A stretch of DNA of 64,000 bases from Coraliomargarita sp. (GCA_965216325.1 OZ244160.1:256001-320000); one strand, 5' to 3'; counted from the stretch's first letter, positions 29,201-39,011 are shown. The notes: generated by a model not told the origin, from the sequence alone. Translations and numbers: made by a program.

Positions 29201-30291
29201 TCCGCCGATGGCTGTGGGCCGTTTAGGTCTTCATAAAAGGGTAGACCCGCTTCGACTTCCAAGAATGAGTTTTCCATCCAGCCATTCGGGTGCTTTAAGC
29301 GCAGGCCGCCAACTGCGAGGAATTTCGTACCGCCAAACAGGCGAGGATTCGTCACCGCCGCTGGGTAGGGGAAGGGGCCGGGCACGGTGATCTCATCGTC
29401 TTGACCACTGATTCGCTCCCAATGTTTGCCGTAGATTCGGATCGACGGCTGGAACCAATCCGAGTGCTCGGAGCGCACCCAGAGGTCGCCTTGGTAGACA
29501 TTACCCAAGCGATAGTCGCGGTCGTTTTCACCAGTGCGAATGGTGAAACTCAAGTCCACGCCGTAGGCCCAGTCGCCGGCTCTGGCTGTGTAGATGAGGG
29601 AGGGCTTAAAGTCATAGGTGCCGGAGCCCAATTGCATGGTGTAGGGCAGTTGTGTGTCCTGAGTGGCATCACGCGGGGTGCGTCCCTCTTCGTCGATCGA
29701 GCCGGTGGGGAAGTTCAATCCGAGGCCAAGTAGCAGGCTACTGCTTTCATCGTACCATGCCAGCCACGAGACGCCTGCTTCCACGTCGCCAAGCCCTTCG
29801 CTTTCAATAATAAAATCGCTGAAGCCTGGCACAATACTGATGTGGTCGGTCTCCTGTTTTATATAGGGGATGCTCAGGTTCAGGCTGTAGCGATCTGTGA
29901 GGTTGTAGGCCGCTTTGAATTGAATCACCTCTTGGTAGATGGTCGTCGGCACGACGGGGAAATTCTTATCTGTCCGTGTCTCTCCGGGCGTCCATAGCAC
30001 GTCGTTGTTTGAGACATTACTGGTGCCGTCACGATAGCCATCAAACTTTACATAGACATAGCTCATGCTGAAGTGGAGCCGGCTCGCATCAAACTGCGCG
30101 CGTGAAGCCACCTCTAGGTCCTCGCTATGGGGGGCTAGGTCCGGTGTCGGTGACTGATGACGAATTATTTTTGCATTCAGGAGGTCGCCGAGGCTCATGT
30201 TGGCAAGGTCAACAGGCGGCGACTGACCGATGGTAGGGAGCACCATGGCTAAATACAAACACAGCAGGAAGGGGTAGTAGGCGTGTTTCAC
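29164..30291 (-). CDS. Outer-membrane beta-barrel/transporter-like protein
   Basis: Signal peptide, GLGDV, PTGS, LPYTMQLGSGTYD, C-terminal Phe; GTG 30291 preferred because the ORF-track start lies inside the IS1380 left end. Confidence 0.7.
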   Translation of the reverse strand: MKHAYYPFLLCLYLAMVLPTIGQSPPVDLANMSLGDLLNAKIIRHQSPTPDLAPHSEDLEVASRAQFDASRLHFSMSYVYVKFDGYRDGTSNVSNNDVLWTPGETRTDKNFPVVPTTIYQEVIQFKAAYNLTDRYSLNLSIPYIKQETDHISIVPGFSDFIIESEGLGDVEAGVSWLAWYDESSSLLLGLGLNFPTGSIDEEGRTPRDATQDTQLPYTMQLGSGTYDFKPSLIYTARAGDWAYGVDLSFTIRTGENDRDYRLGNVYQGDLWVRSEHSDWFQPSIRIYGKHWERISGQDDEITVPGPFPYPAAVTNPRLFGGTKFLAVGGLRLKHPNGWMENSFLEVEAGLPFYEDLNGPQPSAEWRMSASLVINF

Positions 30292-30348
30292 AGTAGAATT
30301 AAGCAGGCTAATGGGTAGGTTATATTCCCTGTCTGTGCAACCTTTAAC

Positions 30349-31925
30349 CCGCATATTGCGCGAATAAAGTATCGAAGGGTTTCAAGCAACTGCTATGCAG
30401 TTAGTTGCGAAAAAGAACCCAAAACCCTTCGATGTCAGAAAAACAACAGAGCACGTATCGTTTCACAAGTCATAAAAGCAAGCGGGTGAGTGCTCGTTTT
30501 GACGCAGTTAGATTGAGTAGTGATGGGGGCTTGCTGTTATTACGCGAAGCGGATCGTCGCTTAGGTCTGACCAAGGCTGCATCGAAGCGTTTGGTCGATG
30601 ATCGCCAGCCGGGTAAGATTAAGCACAGCGCTGAGCAATTGCTACGCCAGCGCGTCTATGGTTTGGCCAGTGGCTATGAGGACTTGAACGATTTTGACGA
30701 GTTTCGGGATGATCCCCTCTGGCAGATGCTTGCCGGGGGCGACAAGAGCCTTGGCAGCGGATCGACATTGTGCCGCTTTGAGAACGCTCAGGATCGCAGT
30801 GGTGCGGTAGCCTTGAACAAGTTGTTCGTCGATCAGTTCCTTGATTCCTTCCAGCAGGCTCCTGAGCGCATTGTTTTGGATTTTGATGCGACTGATGATC
30901 CGGTCCATGGCATGCAAGAGGGACGTTTCTTTCACGGCTACTATGGTAACTACTGCTTCTTGCCACTGTATGTGTTTTGCGGTTCGCAGTTGCTCGTCGC
31001 TTACCTGCGCCCGAGCAATATCGATGCGGCCAAGCATGCCGGTGCGATTCTCAAGTTGCTGACTACTTATATCCGTCAGCGGTGGCCGCAGGTGAAGATC
31101 GTCTTTCGCGCCGACAGTGGTTTTTGTCGCCACCGAGTATTGGGTTGGTGTGAACGTAACCAAGTCGATTATGTCGTCGGGATCGCACGTAATCCACGTC
31201 TGCAGCGAGCTGGAGCCAAGTTACAACAGCAAGTTGCCGAAGACTTTGAGCAGACCGATGAAAAGCAAAAGCGCTTTGGGCAGTTTACTTACGCGGCCGG
31301 TAAATGGAAACGCAGTCGCCGGATCATCCATAAGGCCGAACACACCAAGCTCGGTGCGAACCCTCGCTTTGTGATTACCAATGTGAGCGAAGCGCCCGAG
31401 CAGGTATACGCGCACTACTGCGAGCGGGGCGAAATGGAGAATAAAATCAAAGAACAAATGATGCTCTTCAGTGACCGCACCAGTGCTTCAAACTGGTGGG
31501 CGAACCAGTGGCGGGTGCTCCTGTCTTCACTCGCTTACGTGCTCATGGACACAATTCGCCGTATCGGATTGGCAGGCACCAAATTGGAACGCGCCACCGT
31601 GCACAGCATACGGATCAAACTCGTGAAGATCGCTTGCCTGATTGAACGAAAACGCAGCCGCTGGCTGTTCCGGCTCAGCGTCGCATGTCCCGATCAACAG
31701 GCCTTTGCCGCATGTGCGGCCAAACTACATCCCACTTAAAATCCACCTTCGCGCTTCACCCTGCGGCTCAACTCCAGAGGAAGCCAAATATACGCAGGGA
31801 TAGAGCTAAGCTATGCTTACAGATAAAAGCTAACGCTTTTTACCTGCGATTCGGTAGTCCCTTTACACCAACTGAGCGAAAAAAGATCAACCTGACCAAG
31901 ACAAACCCATTCATGCAATATGCGG
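30349..31925 (+). mobile_element. IS1380-family insertion sequence
   Basis: IRL CCGCATATTGCGCGAAT (30349-30365) and IRR ATTCATGCAATATGCGG (31909-31925), 15/17 match; no perfect target duplication. Confidence 0.9.
30432..31739 (+). CDS. IS1380-family DDE transposase
   Basis: LSSDGGLLLL, GYEDLND, LDFDATDDPVHG, RADSGF, RGEMENKIKE. Confidence 0.95.
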   Translation: MSEKQQSTYRFTSHKSKRVSARFDAVRLSSDGGLLLLREADRRLGLTKAASKRLVDDRQPGKIKHSAEQLLRQRVYGLASGYEDLNDFDEFRDDPLWQMLAGGDKSLGSGSTLCRFENAQDRSGAVALNKLFVDQFLDSFQQAPERIVLDFDATDDPVHGMQEGRFFHGYYGNYCFLPLYVFCGSQLLVAYLRPSNIDAAKHAGAILKLLTTYIRQRWPQVKIVFRADSGFCRHRVLGWCERNQVDYVVGIARNPRLQRAGAKLQQQVAEDFEQTDEKQKRFGQFTYAAGKWKRSRRIIHKAEHTKLGANPRFVITNVSEAPEQVYAHYCERGEMENKIKEQMMLFSDRTSASNWWANQWRVLLSSLAYVLMDTIRRIGLAGTKLERATVHSIRIKLVKIACLIERKRSRWLFRLSVACPDQQAFAACAAKLHPT

Positions 31926-32528
31926 CCTAAGAGACCAAACCGAGCACTCCCCAAAACACTCAGCCGAAAAGAGATCTCCAAACTCTTGTCACAACCAAAT
32001 GCTATTGATCCTCTTGGCTTACGAGATCGGGCGATTCTGGAGCTTCTCTACGCAACTGGGATGCGACGCATGGAACTCGTCAATTTGGACATTGAAGATC
32101 TCGACCTCTACAGTGCTAGCGTCCTAATCAGACAAGGCAAAGGTGGCAAAGATCGCGTCCTACCACTTGGCCACCTGACAATTCGGTGGTTACGTGCTTA
32201 CCTGAAAAGGTCACGCCCGAAGCTCGTCGTCAATTCAGACGAAAAAGCCGCCTTCATCACAGGCTACGGGACACGCTACAACCCGAACTCACTCGGGAAT
32301 TGGATGCGCAAGACCATGCAGGAGGTCGGGATCGTCAAACAAGGCGCATGCCACCTCCTCCGTCATAGCTGTGCAACACATATGCTGGAAAATGGGGCTG
32401 ACTTGCGCTGCATCCAGCAACTGCTCGGACACAGCCGCTTGGATACGACCCAAATATACACCGAAATCAGCATCACACACTTGCGAACGATTTACAATGC
32501 AACTCACCCAAGCGTCAAAAGGCTTTAA
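31926..32528 (+). pseudogene. XerC/XerD-like tyrosine recombinase, N-terminus lost at the IS1380 end
   Basis: Catalytic domain only: YATGMRRMEL, GKGGKDR, HLLRHSCATH, LLGHS, TTQIYT; the ORF ATG (31920) is part of the IS right repeat. Confidence 0.85.
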
Positions 32529-32586
32529 AACACGCAGAAAAGCTTGATCCAAACGCTACCAGAAACATCCTTAGTGATGCTTTCTC

Positions 32587-33321
32587 ATGGTTGCTCTCAA
32601 TCAACAGTTCACCACGCCCTGCTCTCACTCATATCGGCGAGAAGCAGGGCGTATTCTAATGTCGTATTACGGCTTCAGATACTATGATCCCGTGACTGGC
32701 AGATGGCCGTCTAGAGATCCACTTCAAGAATTCGGAGGAATTAATCTTTTTGGCTCTTTAGGCAACAATCCGCTGAATCACTCGGATTATCTAGGTTTAA
32801 GTGAACCCTGTTGCGATGAAGATACGGTATCCGCTGGAGGCAGTGAGTTAGCCGGAAAGTATACACGAGCCAAAGATGAATTGGAGAGTCGTGGCTATGA
32901 ACCCGGCATGGGTGGTCGTGGATCGTGCAAAAATACATCTTACAATATATTAGATTCATTTGGAACGATACCGAAATGCTGGGACTGTAGCTTAGAGAGA
33001 AGAGGCAGAGGAGTGTTCTTTAGGCGTGACCATCAGGTGATTACATGCAAAGGAACAGATACAGATGGCAACGAAACCGAAGTAACTTTTGACTTCTGGG
33101 GCGGAGCTGAAGGTGGAGAATCGCCAGATGGTTTCAGAGATGAATATCCTAAGCCTCTCGATCCAGAGCACCCATATCCTTGGGATTTTGGAGATACATG
33201 TGAGTTCGAATTTGACGAACCAGAAGATCCGTTCGGCGGGTGGGACGATGTGTTGCCGCCAATTCCTACGACTCCTCCGATACGCTTATCACCCCTGCCG
33301 GGAACTGGCGTGTATTATTAA
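32587..33321 (+). CDS. Orphan Rhs-core tip with C-terminal toxin domain
   Basis: YYGFRYYDPVTGRWPSRDP...NNPLNHSDYLGL followed by a variable tip; likely start 32659. Confidence 0.85.
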   Translation: MVALNQQFTTPCSHSYRREAGRILMSYYGFRYYDPVTGRWPSRDPLQEFGGINLFGSLGNNPLNHSDYLGLSEPCCDEDTVSAGGSELAGKYTRAKDELESRGYEPGMGGRGSCKNTSYNILDSFGTIPKCWDCSLERRGRGVFFRRDHQVITCKGTDTDGNETEVTFDFWGGAEGGESPDGFRDEYPKPLDPEHPYPWDFGDTCEFEFDEPEDPFGGWDDVLPPIPTTPPIRLSPLPGTGVYY

Positions 33322-33332
33322 TCTCTTTGGCG

Positions 33333-33797
33333 ATGCATCGGTTTATTTCTCTTGTTATCCTCTTGTTTTTGTTGGGGTGCGCTGAAACGCACCAGAATCC
33401 AGTCGACATTGAAGTATTAAACCTCAAGAATACGGGACGGCTCTTACAGCTTTATTTTGAGGAAAACAACGCATTACCTGAAAGCATGCCAGAGCTCAGG
33501 CAATGGGGGGGCACGCGTTCGATACTTAAAGACAAGAATGCACTTGGATATTCACACGAAGGCAATCTATTTGATTATTTATACATCCAGAACGGAGGGA
33601 GTCATCACTTCCTGCTAGCGTTTCCTTTCCCTGTTAAGGTAACTAGTGAGTCTAATCTAGAAATCTCTCACAATTATGCAGATGCAAGCTCGACTGATAA
33701 GATGGTAGGCTTTGTCATTCTTCGAAATTTTGAAATGAAGCGAGTAACTTTCGAGGAATGGAGGCACTTTCAAGAGTTGGTAGTTAGCAAGAATTAG
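33333..33797 (+). CDS. Lipoprotein, putative cognate immunity protein
   Basis: Lipobox LLGC; begins 11 bp after the Rhs tip stop. Confidence 0.65.
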   Translation: MHRFISLVILLFLLGCAETHQNPVDIEVLNLKNTGRLLQLYFEENNALPESMPELRQWGGTRSILKDKNALGYSHEGNLFDYLYIQNGGSHHFLLAFPFPVKVTSESNLEISHNYADASSTDKMVGFVILRNFEMKRVTFEEWRHFQELVVSKN

Positions 33798-33827
33798 AAC
33801 TCAAATGTAGCATTTTGGGTATTAGAA

Positions 33828-33849
33828 GGGGTCAAACGTTTAAAATAAA
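33828..33849 (+). repeat. Terminal inverted repeat of the RAYT-like unit
   Basis: GGGGTCAAACGTTTAAAATAAA; inverted copies at about 34808-34828 (cut by IS4) and 36470-36491. Confidence 0.8.
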
Positions 33850-33852
33850 TGT

Positions 33853-34770
33853 CTAGCTCTTGTTGCTGATCAAATTACTCACGCGGGAAGGGTGCCCCAT
33901 ATTCAATCGCTCCGCGATCCAGCGATTGTTTGCGGTGCATTGTTTGCGTAGGCTGCGCGCTATCGCGATCTTCCATTCAGCTCCTTTGGCGTCAGCCTTA
34001 ATACTGTCTGCAGTCTTCTTGAGCTGTTTCAGCTCAGTCAGCAGCAATGCTTCCCACTGTTGTTCCTTCAGTTCCTGAAGGTCTGCGCCTTCCCAATCGA
34101 CCTTGGGGTTCTGCTTGGTCAATTCCTTGGCGAGGTCCTTCTTTTGCTGACTCGGACCGATAAACCATCCGCGGCAGTAGCGCTGACTTAGCTTCTCTCG
34201 CTCAGTGGGATCTTTGGCTTCACTGAGTGCCAAGTGCTCCTGATAGCGTCGCATTCCAGCAAGGCTGTCCGGCAGTTCCAGTGTGCCCAAAAAGTCCCCA
34301 CGGCAGAGCCCGTCTGGAACCTTCCGTTTGAAAAACTTCGGATAGCTCGATAAGGCGTAATTTTTCAGCGCCTCGAGCGTGCAGATGCCCGCCCTTACCG
34401 GATTGAGGTGAATGTAGTCAACGAGGCCAACCAACGGGCGGTCCTCGCCAATCAAGATTGATTTATAGCGCCCTTGAAACACATGCCCACGCTCATTACG
34501 CAGACGGTTAAAGCGGGTCGCAAAGGTGCTCTGTAGCCATTTCATACCATCCACCAGATTCGGCTCCGGTGTTTCAACCGCCAAATGGTAGTGGTTGCTC
34601 ATGATCACGTAGGCGTGGAGCTTCCACCCGCAGCGCTCAACCGTCTCAAAGATCGTGCGCTCAAACGCTTTGCCGGTGTTTTCAGATAGAAACAGTTCCT
34701 TGCGGTAATTTCCCCGACTGATGATGTGGTAGATGGCACCGGGAAATTGAATGCGCTGTTTACGTGGCAT
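33853..34770 (-). CDS. REP-associated (RAYT-like) HUH/Y1 tyrosine transposase
   Basis: YHIISRGN, AYVIMSNHYHL, GHVFQGRYKS, YIHLNPVRAG. Confidence 0.92.
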   Translation of the reverse strand: MPRKQRIQFPGAIYHIISRGNYRKELFLSENTGKAFERTIFETVERCGWKLHAYVIMSNHYHLAVETPEPNLVDGMKWLQSTFATRFNRLRNERGHVFQGRYKSILIGEDRPLVGLVDYIHLNPVRAGICTLEALKNYALSSYPKFFKRKVPDGLCRGDFLGTLELPDSLAGMRRYQEHLALSEAKDPTEREKLSQRYCRGWFIGPSQQKKDLAKELTKQNPKVDWEGADLQELKEQQWEALLLTELKQLKKTADSIKADAKGAEWKIAIARSLRKQCTANNRWIAERLNMGHPSRVSNLISNKS

Positions 34771-34828
34771 TCAGGAAAGATGGCTGACGAGAGTGAGGGG
34801 AGCAATGTTTAATTTAAACGTTTGACCC

Positions 34829-36392
34829 GAATGCCCCTAAGTTAAGGCCTTAAGTTGAGTCGGATTTTCGGCTTAAAAGACTTACGCAAAGGCCGTTGGT
34901 ATGCATTATTCTTGGATGCGAAACCTTGAACGTTTTCTACCCGGGATGAATCACATAATATGCGGACGTCCACCAAAGACGACCCTTGCGCAGATGGAAG
35001 CAAAGTTGCGCGATTATAGGGAGTCAAGTCTGTCAGAGCTAATGAGTGTGTTTGGTGCATGGATTCCTTCAGGAGCGCTGGAGCGGAAGAAGGTTGGCAA
35101 GAACTCTCGCCAACGCGACTACAGCTTATCGGTGACCTTTTGGGCCTTCTTGTGGCAGGTGCTTACACCTCGGACGCCGTGCCGCGAAGTGGTCCGAAAG
35201 GTGCAAAGCTTGTGTAGCGAACTAAAGTTAAGGATGCCTGCTAACAGTGATGCCGCCTACTGCATGGCCAGAGGGAGATTGAAGCAGGATGACATTGATA
35301 CCGTTAAGCAGGCGGTCCGTGAGCGTGTGTTGAGCCGGGTCAGAGAGGATCAGCGCTGGTTGGGGCGCACCGTCAAAGTCGTGGACGGCACAGGCATACG
35401 CCTTGCGGACACCAAGCAAAATCAGTCCGAATGGCCTCAGCCGAGCGAGCAACGTCCGGGCTGCGGCTTCCCCGTCATGCAGCTTGTAGCCTGCTTTTGT
35501 TTAGCCAGTGGCGCGATCATCGATTGGGTGGAAACAGAGCTCAAGAGCCACGAATGCCGTGTGTTTAAGCGAATGTTGCATCTATTCAAAAAGGGAGACG
35601 TGGTCTTGGGGGATCGTGGATTTAGCTCCTACGCAAACATTGCGTTACTGTTGTCTCAAGGCGCTCACGCGGTGATGCGACTGCACCAGATGAGAAAGAT
35701 GGACTTTCGTCAGGGCAAATACCTTGGGCCGCATGACCGGCTGGTCACCTGGAAACGTTCCGCCGTGCGGGGCAAAGGCTGGAGTAAAGAACAATGGGCC
35801 GAGCTACCTGAGGAACTGACACTGCGCGTGGTCCGTATTAAAGTCGAAGTGAAAGGTTTTCGGGTGCGGCAATACGATCTGGTGACGACGCTGACCGACC
35901 CCGTCGAGTGCACCAAGGACAACTTGGCCGAACTCTACTTCAGGCGTTGGGCCGTCGAACTCTTCTTCCGGCAAATCAAGACCACCATGGGGATGGAGAA
36001 GCTCCGTTGCAAAACTCCGGAGATGGTGCGCAAGGAACTGCGTATGCACCTGATCGCTTACAACCTGATCAGAGGCCTGATGCAAGAGGCCGCCCATCAG
36101 CAATCTGTTAAACTCGACCGGATCAGCTTCAAAGCAACCGTCGATACACTACGGCAGTTTTCCAGCGCAATTAATGCCACAAAAGCTAAGCCTAAAATAC
36201 AGCAGAGGATTATCGAGGAAATGCTCTGTATCATCGCCATCGAACGTGTCCCGCTAAGGCTAAACCGAAGTGAACCACGAGCACTCAAAGAGAGACCGAA
36301 ACCCTATCCAAGAATTACGGATCACAGGTCCAAATACGTCGTCCCGAATATGCGAAAAAACACCAGTAAGGCTGCTTAACTTAGTGCCATTC
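34829..36392 (+). mobile_element. IS4-family insertion sequence (1,564 bp)
   Basis: IRs GAATGCCCCTAAGTTAAG / CTTAACTTAGTGCCATTC (16/18); 11-bp target duplication ACGTTTGACCC at 34818-34828 and 36393-36403. Confidence 0.95.
34901..36379 (+). CDS. IS4-family DDE transposase
   Basis: VVDGT, LGDRGF, LYFRRWAVELFFRQIK (YREK signature); stop codon inside the right IR. Confidence 0.95.
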   Translation: MHYSWMRNLERFLPGMNHIICGRPPKTTLAQMEAKLRDYRESSLSELMSVFGAWIPSGALERKKVGKNSRQRDYSLSVTFWAFLWQVLTPRTPCREVVRKVQSLCSELKLRMPANSDAAYCMARGRLKQDDIDTVKQAVRERVLSRVREDQRWLGRTVKVVDGTGIRLADTKQNQSEWPQPSEQRPGCGFPVMQLVACFCLASGAIIDWVETELKSHECRVFKRMLHLFKKGDVVLGDRGFSSYANIALLLSQGAHAVMRLHQMRKMDFRQGKYLGPHDRLVTWKRSAVRGKGWSKEQWAELPEELTLRVVRIKVEVKGFRVRQYDLVTTLTDPVECTKDNLAELYFRRWAVELFFRQIKTTMGMEKLRCKTPEMVRKELRMHLIAYNLIRGLMQEAAHQQSVKLDRISFKATVDTLRQFSSAINATKAKPKIQQRIIEEMLCIIAIERVPLRLNRSEPRALKERPKPYPRITDHRSKYVVPNMRKNTSKAA

Positions 36393-36415
36393 ACGTTTGA
36401 CCCCTTTTTTGGCTC

Positions 36416-36490
36416 CGCTGTTTACGTGGCATTCAGGAAAGATGGCTGACGAGAGTGAGGGGAGCAATGTTTAATTTAAACGTTTGACCC
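36416..36490 (+). repeat. 75-bp direct duplicate of the RAYT 5' end
   Basis: Identical to 34754-34828. Confidence 0.9.
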
Positions 36491-36719
36491 CTTTTGGCTC
36501 TATTTGACCCCTTTTGAAAGTAGTGTGTGCTTGTCTGCCAACAGTGCTTACGTGGTTACAGTTGGTTTGCGGTATCTGGAGGGAGATTGTGGAATTGAGA
36601 TATATCTTTAATTATTAGTTTATTATAGATTTGTAGGGTTGAATCAGTGTTAAAAATAATCTATTGATATTTATAGTGCTTCTTACTAATTACAATTTTT
36701 AGGATGCCTCGAAGCATAC

Positions 36720-39011
36720 ATGCAGCTGATGCTGTGCAGGCGAGTAATGATGCGTTTAAAATTTAATAGTCTGGCCCCAGTTGTTATTTTTGCAGTCGGT
36801 GTGTTTTGTTCCTGGCTGTTTTATTCTTCAGAGTATGAGCAGCAAGAGTTGGCCTTGGATGCAGAACTTAAGATTTTTGCGCAACATCAGGTTACACTTT
36901 TACAGTTAGAGTTGGCGCGTAACACCGAAGTGTTAGGCGCCCTGCAGGTTTTTTTAAAGTTAGAGACTCCTACACGCGAAGAGTTTAGTAACTATACTTC
37001 AGACTTTCTAAAAAAGCATCCATCGATTCAGGCATTAGAGTGGGTGCCTCGGGTAGAACATTTTGAAAGAAATGAATTCGAGCAACGCCAACGTGAATTC
37101 TATTCTGATTTTACGATTAAAGAACAGGCAGGAGACGTTGGTAGGGGCCTCGGTTGGATGGTGCCAGCCTATGATCGAGCGGTTTATTACCCAGTCGCAT
37201 ACGTTGAGCCTTTTGAGTTAAATCAGATTGCTTTGGGTTACGATCTTGGGAGCAGTGCGGAGCGCTTAGCGGCCATTGAGGTAGCCATTGGTGATGAGGC
37301 TGTCGTGGTAACGGCACCAATCACTCTAGTGCAAGAACAAGAGCAGCAGAAGGGGTTCTTAATCTTTGACCCTGTTTTTTCAAATGGGCAGGAGGCAGCT
37401 ACATCAAGGTTTAGAGGTTTTGCGCTTGGGGTTTTTAGGGCCAAAGATATTTTTACTGAAGTATTGCAACGGCAGGGAGAACGCACTCGATTTTTTGAAT
37501 CGCAGTTAGTGGATCGAACTGATTCGGAGCCTGTGCTCCTTGTCCATGATCAGCCATCGAATGGACAAAAAGGCTTAATGGCTTATCAGATCGTCAGTCC
37601 TCTTTCGTTTGCAGGGCGGCAATGGGAGTTGAGGCTATGTCCAACTCCCGAGTTCGTTGGCATTTATCAGCAAAGAATGAGGCCAGCTATATTTTTGGGA
37701 TTTGGCTTGTTAATCACGCTCTTGCTGTCTGGAGGTGCTTACCATATTCTACGTAACCAGTATGCTTTAAAATGCGAAGTCGAAGATAGGAAAATCATCG
37801 AGAAGCATTTGAAATCTGCTCAGAAGAATCTCGAGGCAGCAAAAGAAAGGGCAGAGCTGGCCAGTCAGACTAAAAGTAACTTTTTAGCCATTATGAGTCA
37901 TGAGTTAAGAACACCTATGAATGGTGTCTTGGGAATGGCGCAATTGTTACAGCTGTCTGAGTTGAAGGAGGACCAACAAGACTGTTGCAAAGTGATTATT
38001 GAATCAGGCAATGCGCTGGTCGGCATTTTAAATCAGATTCTAGATCTATCCAAGCTGGAGGCCCAAAAGCAGGCAGTAACTTATGCGCCATTTTCAATGG
38101 AGGATTTGTTAGATTCAACAATGTCACTGTTTGCTGGCTCTGCAAAGGCAAAGAATTTATTTTTAAGATTAGATTCTAATGTACCGAAACATCAGCAGCT
38201 AGTCGGTGACGCGGAGTTATTGCGTAGAATATTTACGAACCTGATCGGAAATGCCATTAAGTTTACCGATGCCGGCGGCGTTACCATTTATCTCAATGCA
38301 TCGGAACAAAACAATAAACTAGTTGTTGAATTTAGCTTTACTGACACTGGAGCCGGCATAGACGTAACGAAACAGCAGCATATTTTTGAAGCGTTTTCTC
38401 AAGTGGACGAGAGTAGCACTCGAATTAGCCAAGGGACGGGCTTAGGCCTAGCTATTGTAAAACAGCTTGTAGAGTTGTTGGGAGGCAAAATATCAGTGCA
38501 AAGTAAATTGGGAGAAGGCAGTAGTTTCGTTTTTACTTTGGCTTTTGATATTCATCAATCTCCTCAAGGGCAGTTAAAAACGCAAGTTGAGCAATTCGCT
38601 GAAGAACCATCAAACGATGCATTCAAATTGCTTCTGGTTGAAGATGATCATGTGAATCAAGATGTTATTAGCCGTATGTTTTCATTTTGTAATATTGAAG
38701 CTGAAGTGGCGAACAACGGCAGAGAGGCTGTAGACGCGGCTTGTGCCAAGGAATACGACCTTATTTTGATGGACGTTTTAATGCCAGTGATGGACGGCCT
38801 TGAAGCGACAAGGCAGATTCGAAACAAAAGTATGAATCGAAAGACTCCCATTGTCGGTATTAGTGCAAAAGCAGCCCAGCGGGATCGAGTTACATGCTTT
38901 GACGCAGGCATGGATGGATTTATTAGCAAGCCGATTGATTATTCCGAATTTCAAAAAACAATTGCTGAGTTTAGGAACAAAGTGCCGCCCGAGAGAGGGC
39001 GAAGCGCTTAA
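36720..39011 (+). CDS. CHASE-domain hybrid histidine kinase
   Basis: ALEWVPRV, YYPVAYVEP, ALGYDL (CHASE); MSHELRTPMNG; GTGLGLAI; LMDVLMPVMDG; start may be 36747/36750. Confidence 0.93.
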   Translation: MQLMLCRRVMMRLKFNSLAPVVIFAVGVFCSWLFYSSEYEQQELALDAELKIFAQHQVTLLQLELARNTEVLGALQVFLKLETPTREEFSNYTSDFLKKHPSIQALEWVPRVEHFERNEFEQRQREFYSDFTIKEQAGDVGRGLGWMVPAYDRAVYYPVAYVEPFELNQIALGYDLGSSAERLAAIEVAIGDEAVVVTAPITLVQEQEQQKGFLIFDPVFSNGQEAATSRFRGFALGVFRAKDIFTEVLQRQGERTRFFESQLVDRTDSEPVLLVHDQPSNGQKGLMAYQIVSPLSFAGRQWELRLCPTPEFVGIYQQRMRPAIFLGFGLLITLLLSGGAYHILRNQYALKCEVEDRKIIEKHLKSAQKNLEAAKERAELASQTKSNFLAIMSHELRTPMNGVLGMAQLLQLSELKEDQQDCCKVIIESGNALVGILNQILDLSKLEAQKQAVTYAPFSMEDLLDSTMSLFAGSAKAKNLFLRLDSNVPKHQQLVGDAELLRRIFTNLIGNAIKFTDAGGVTIYLNASEQNNKLVVEFSFTDTGAGIDVTKQQHIFEAFSQVDESSTRISQGTGLGLAIVKQLVELLGGKISVQSKLGEGSSFVFTLAFDIHQSPQGQLKTQVEQFAEEPSNDAFKLLLVEDDHVNQDVISRMFSFCNIEAEVANNGREAVDAACAKEYDLILMDVLMPVMDGLEATRQIRNKSMNRKTPIVGISAKAAQRDRVTCFDAGMDGFISKPIDYSEFQKTIAEFRNKVPPERGRSA

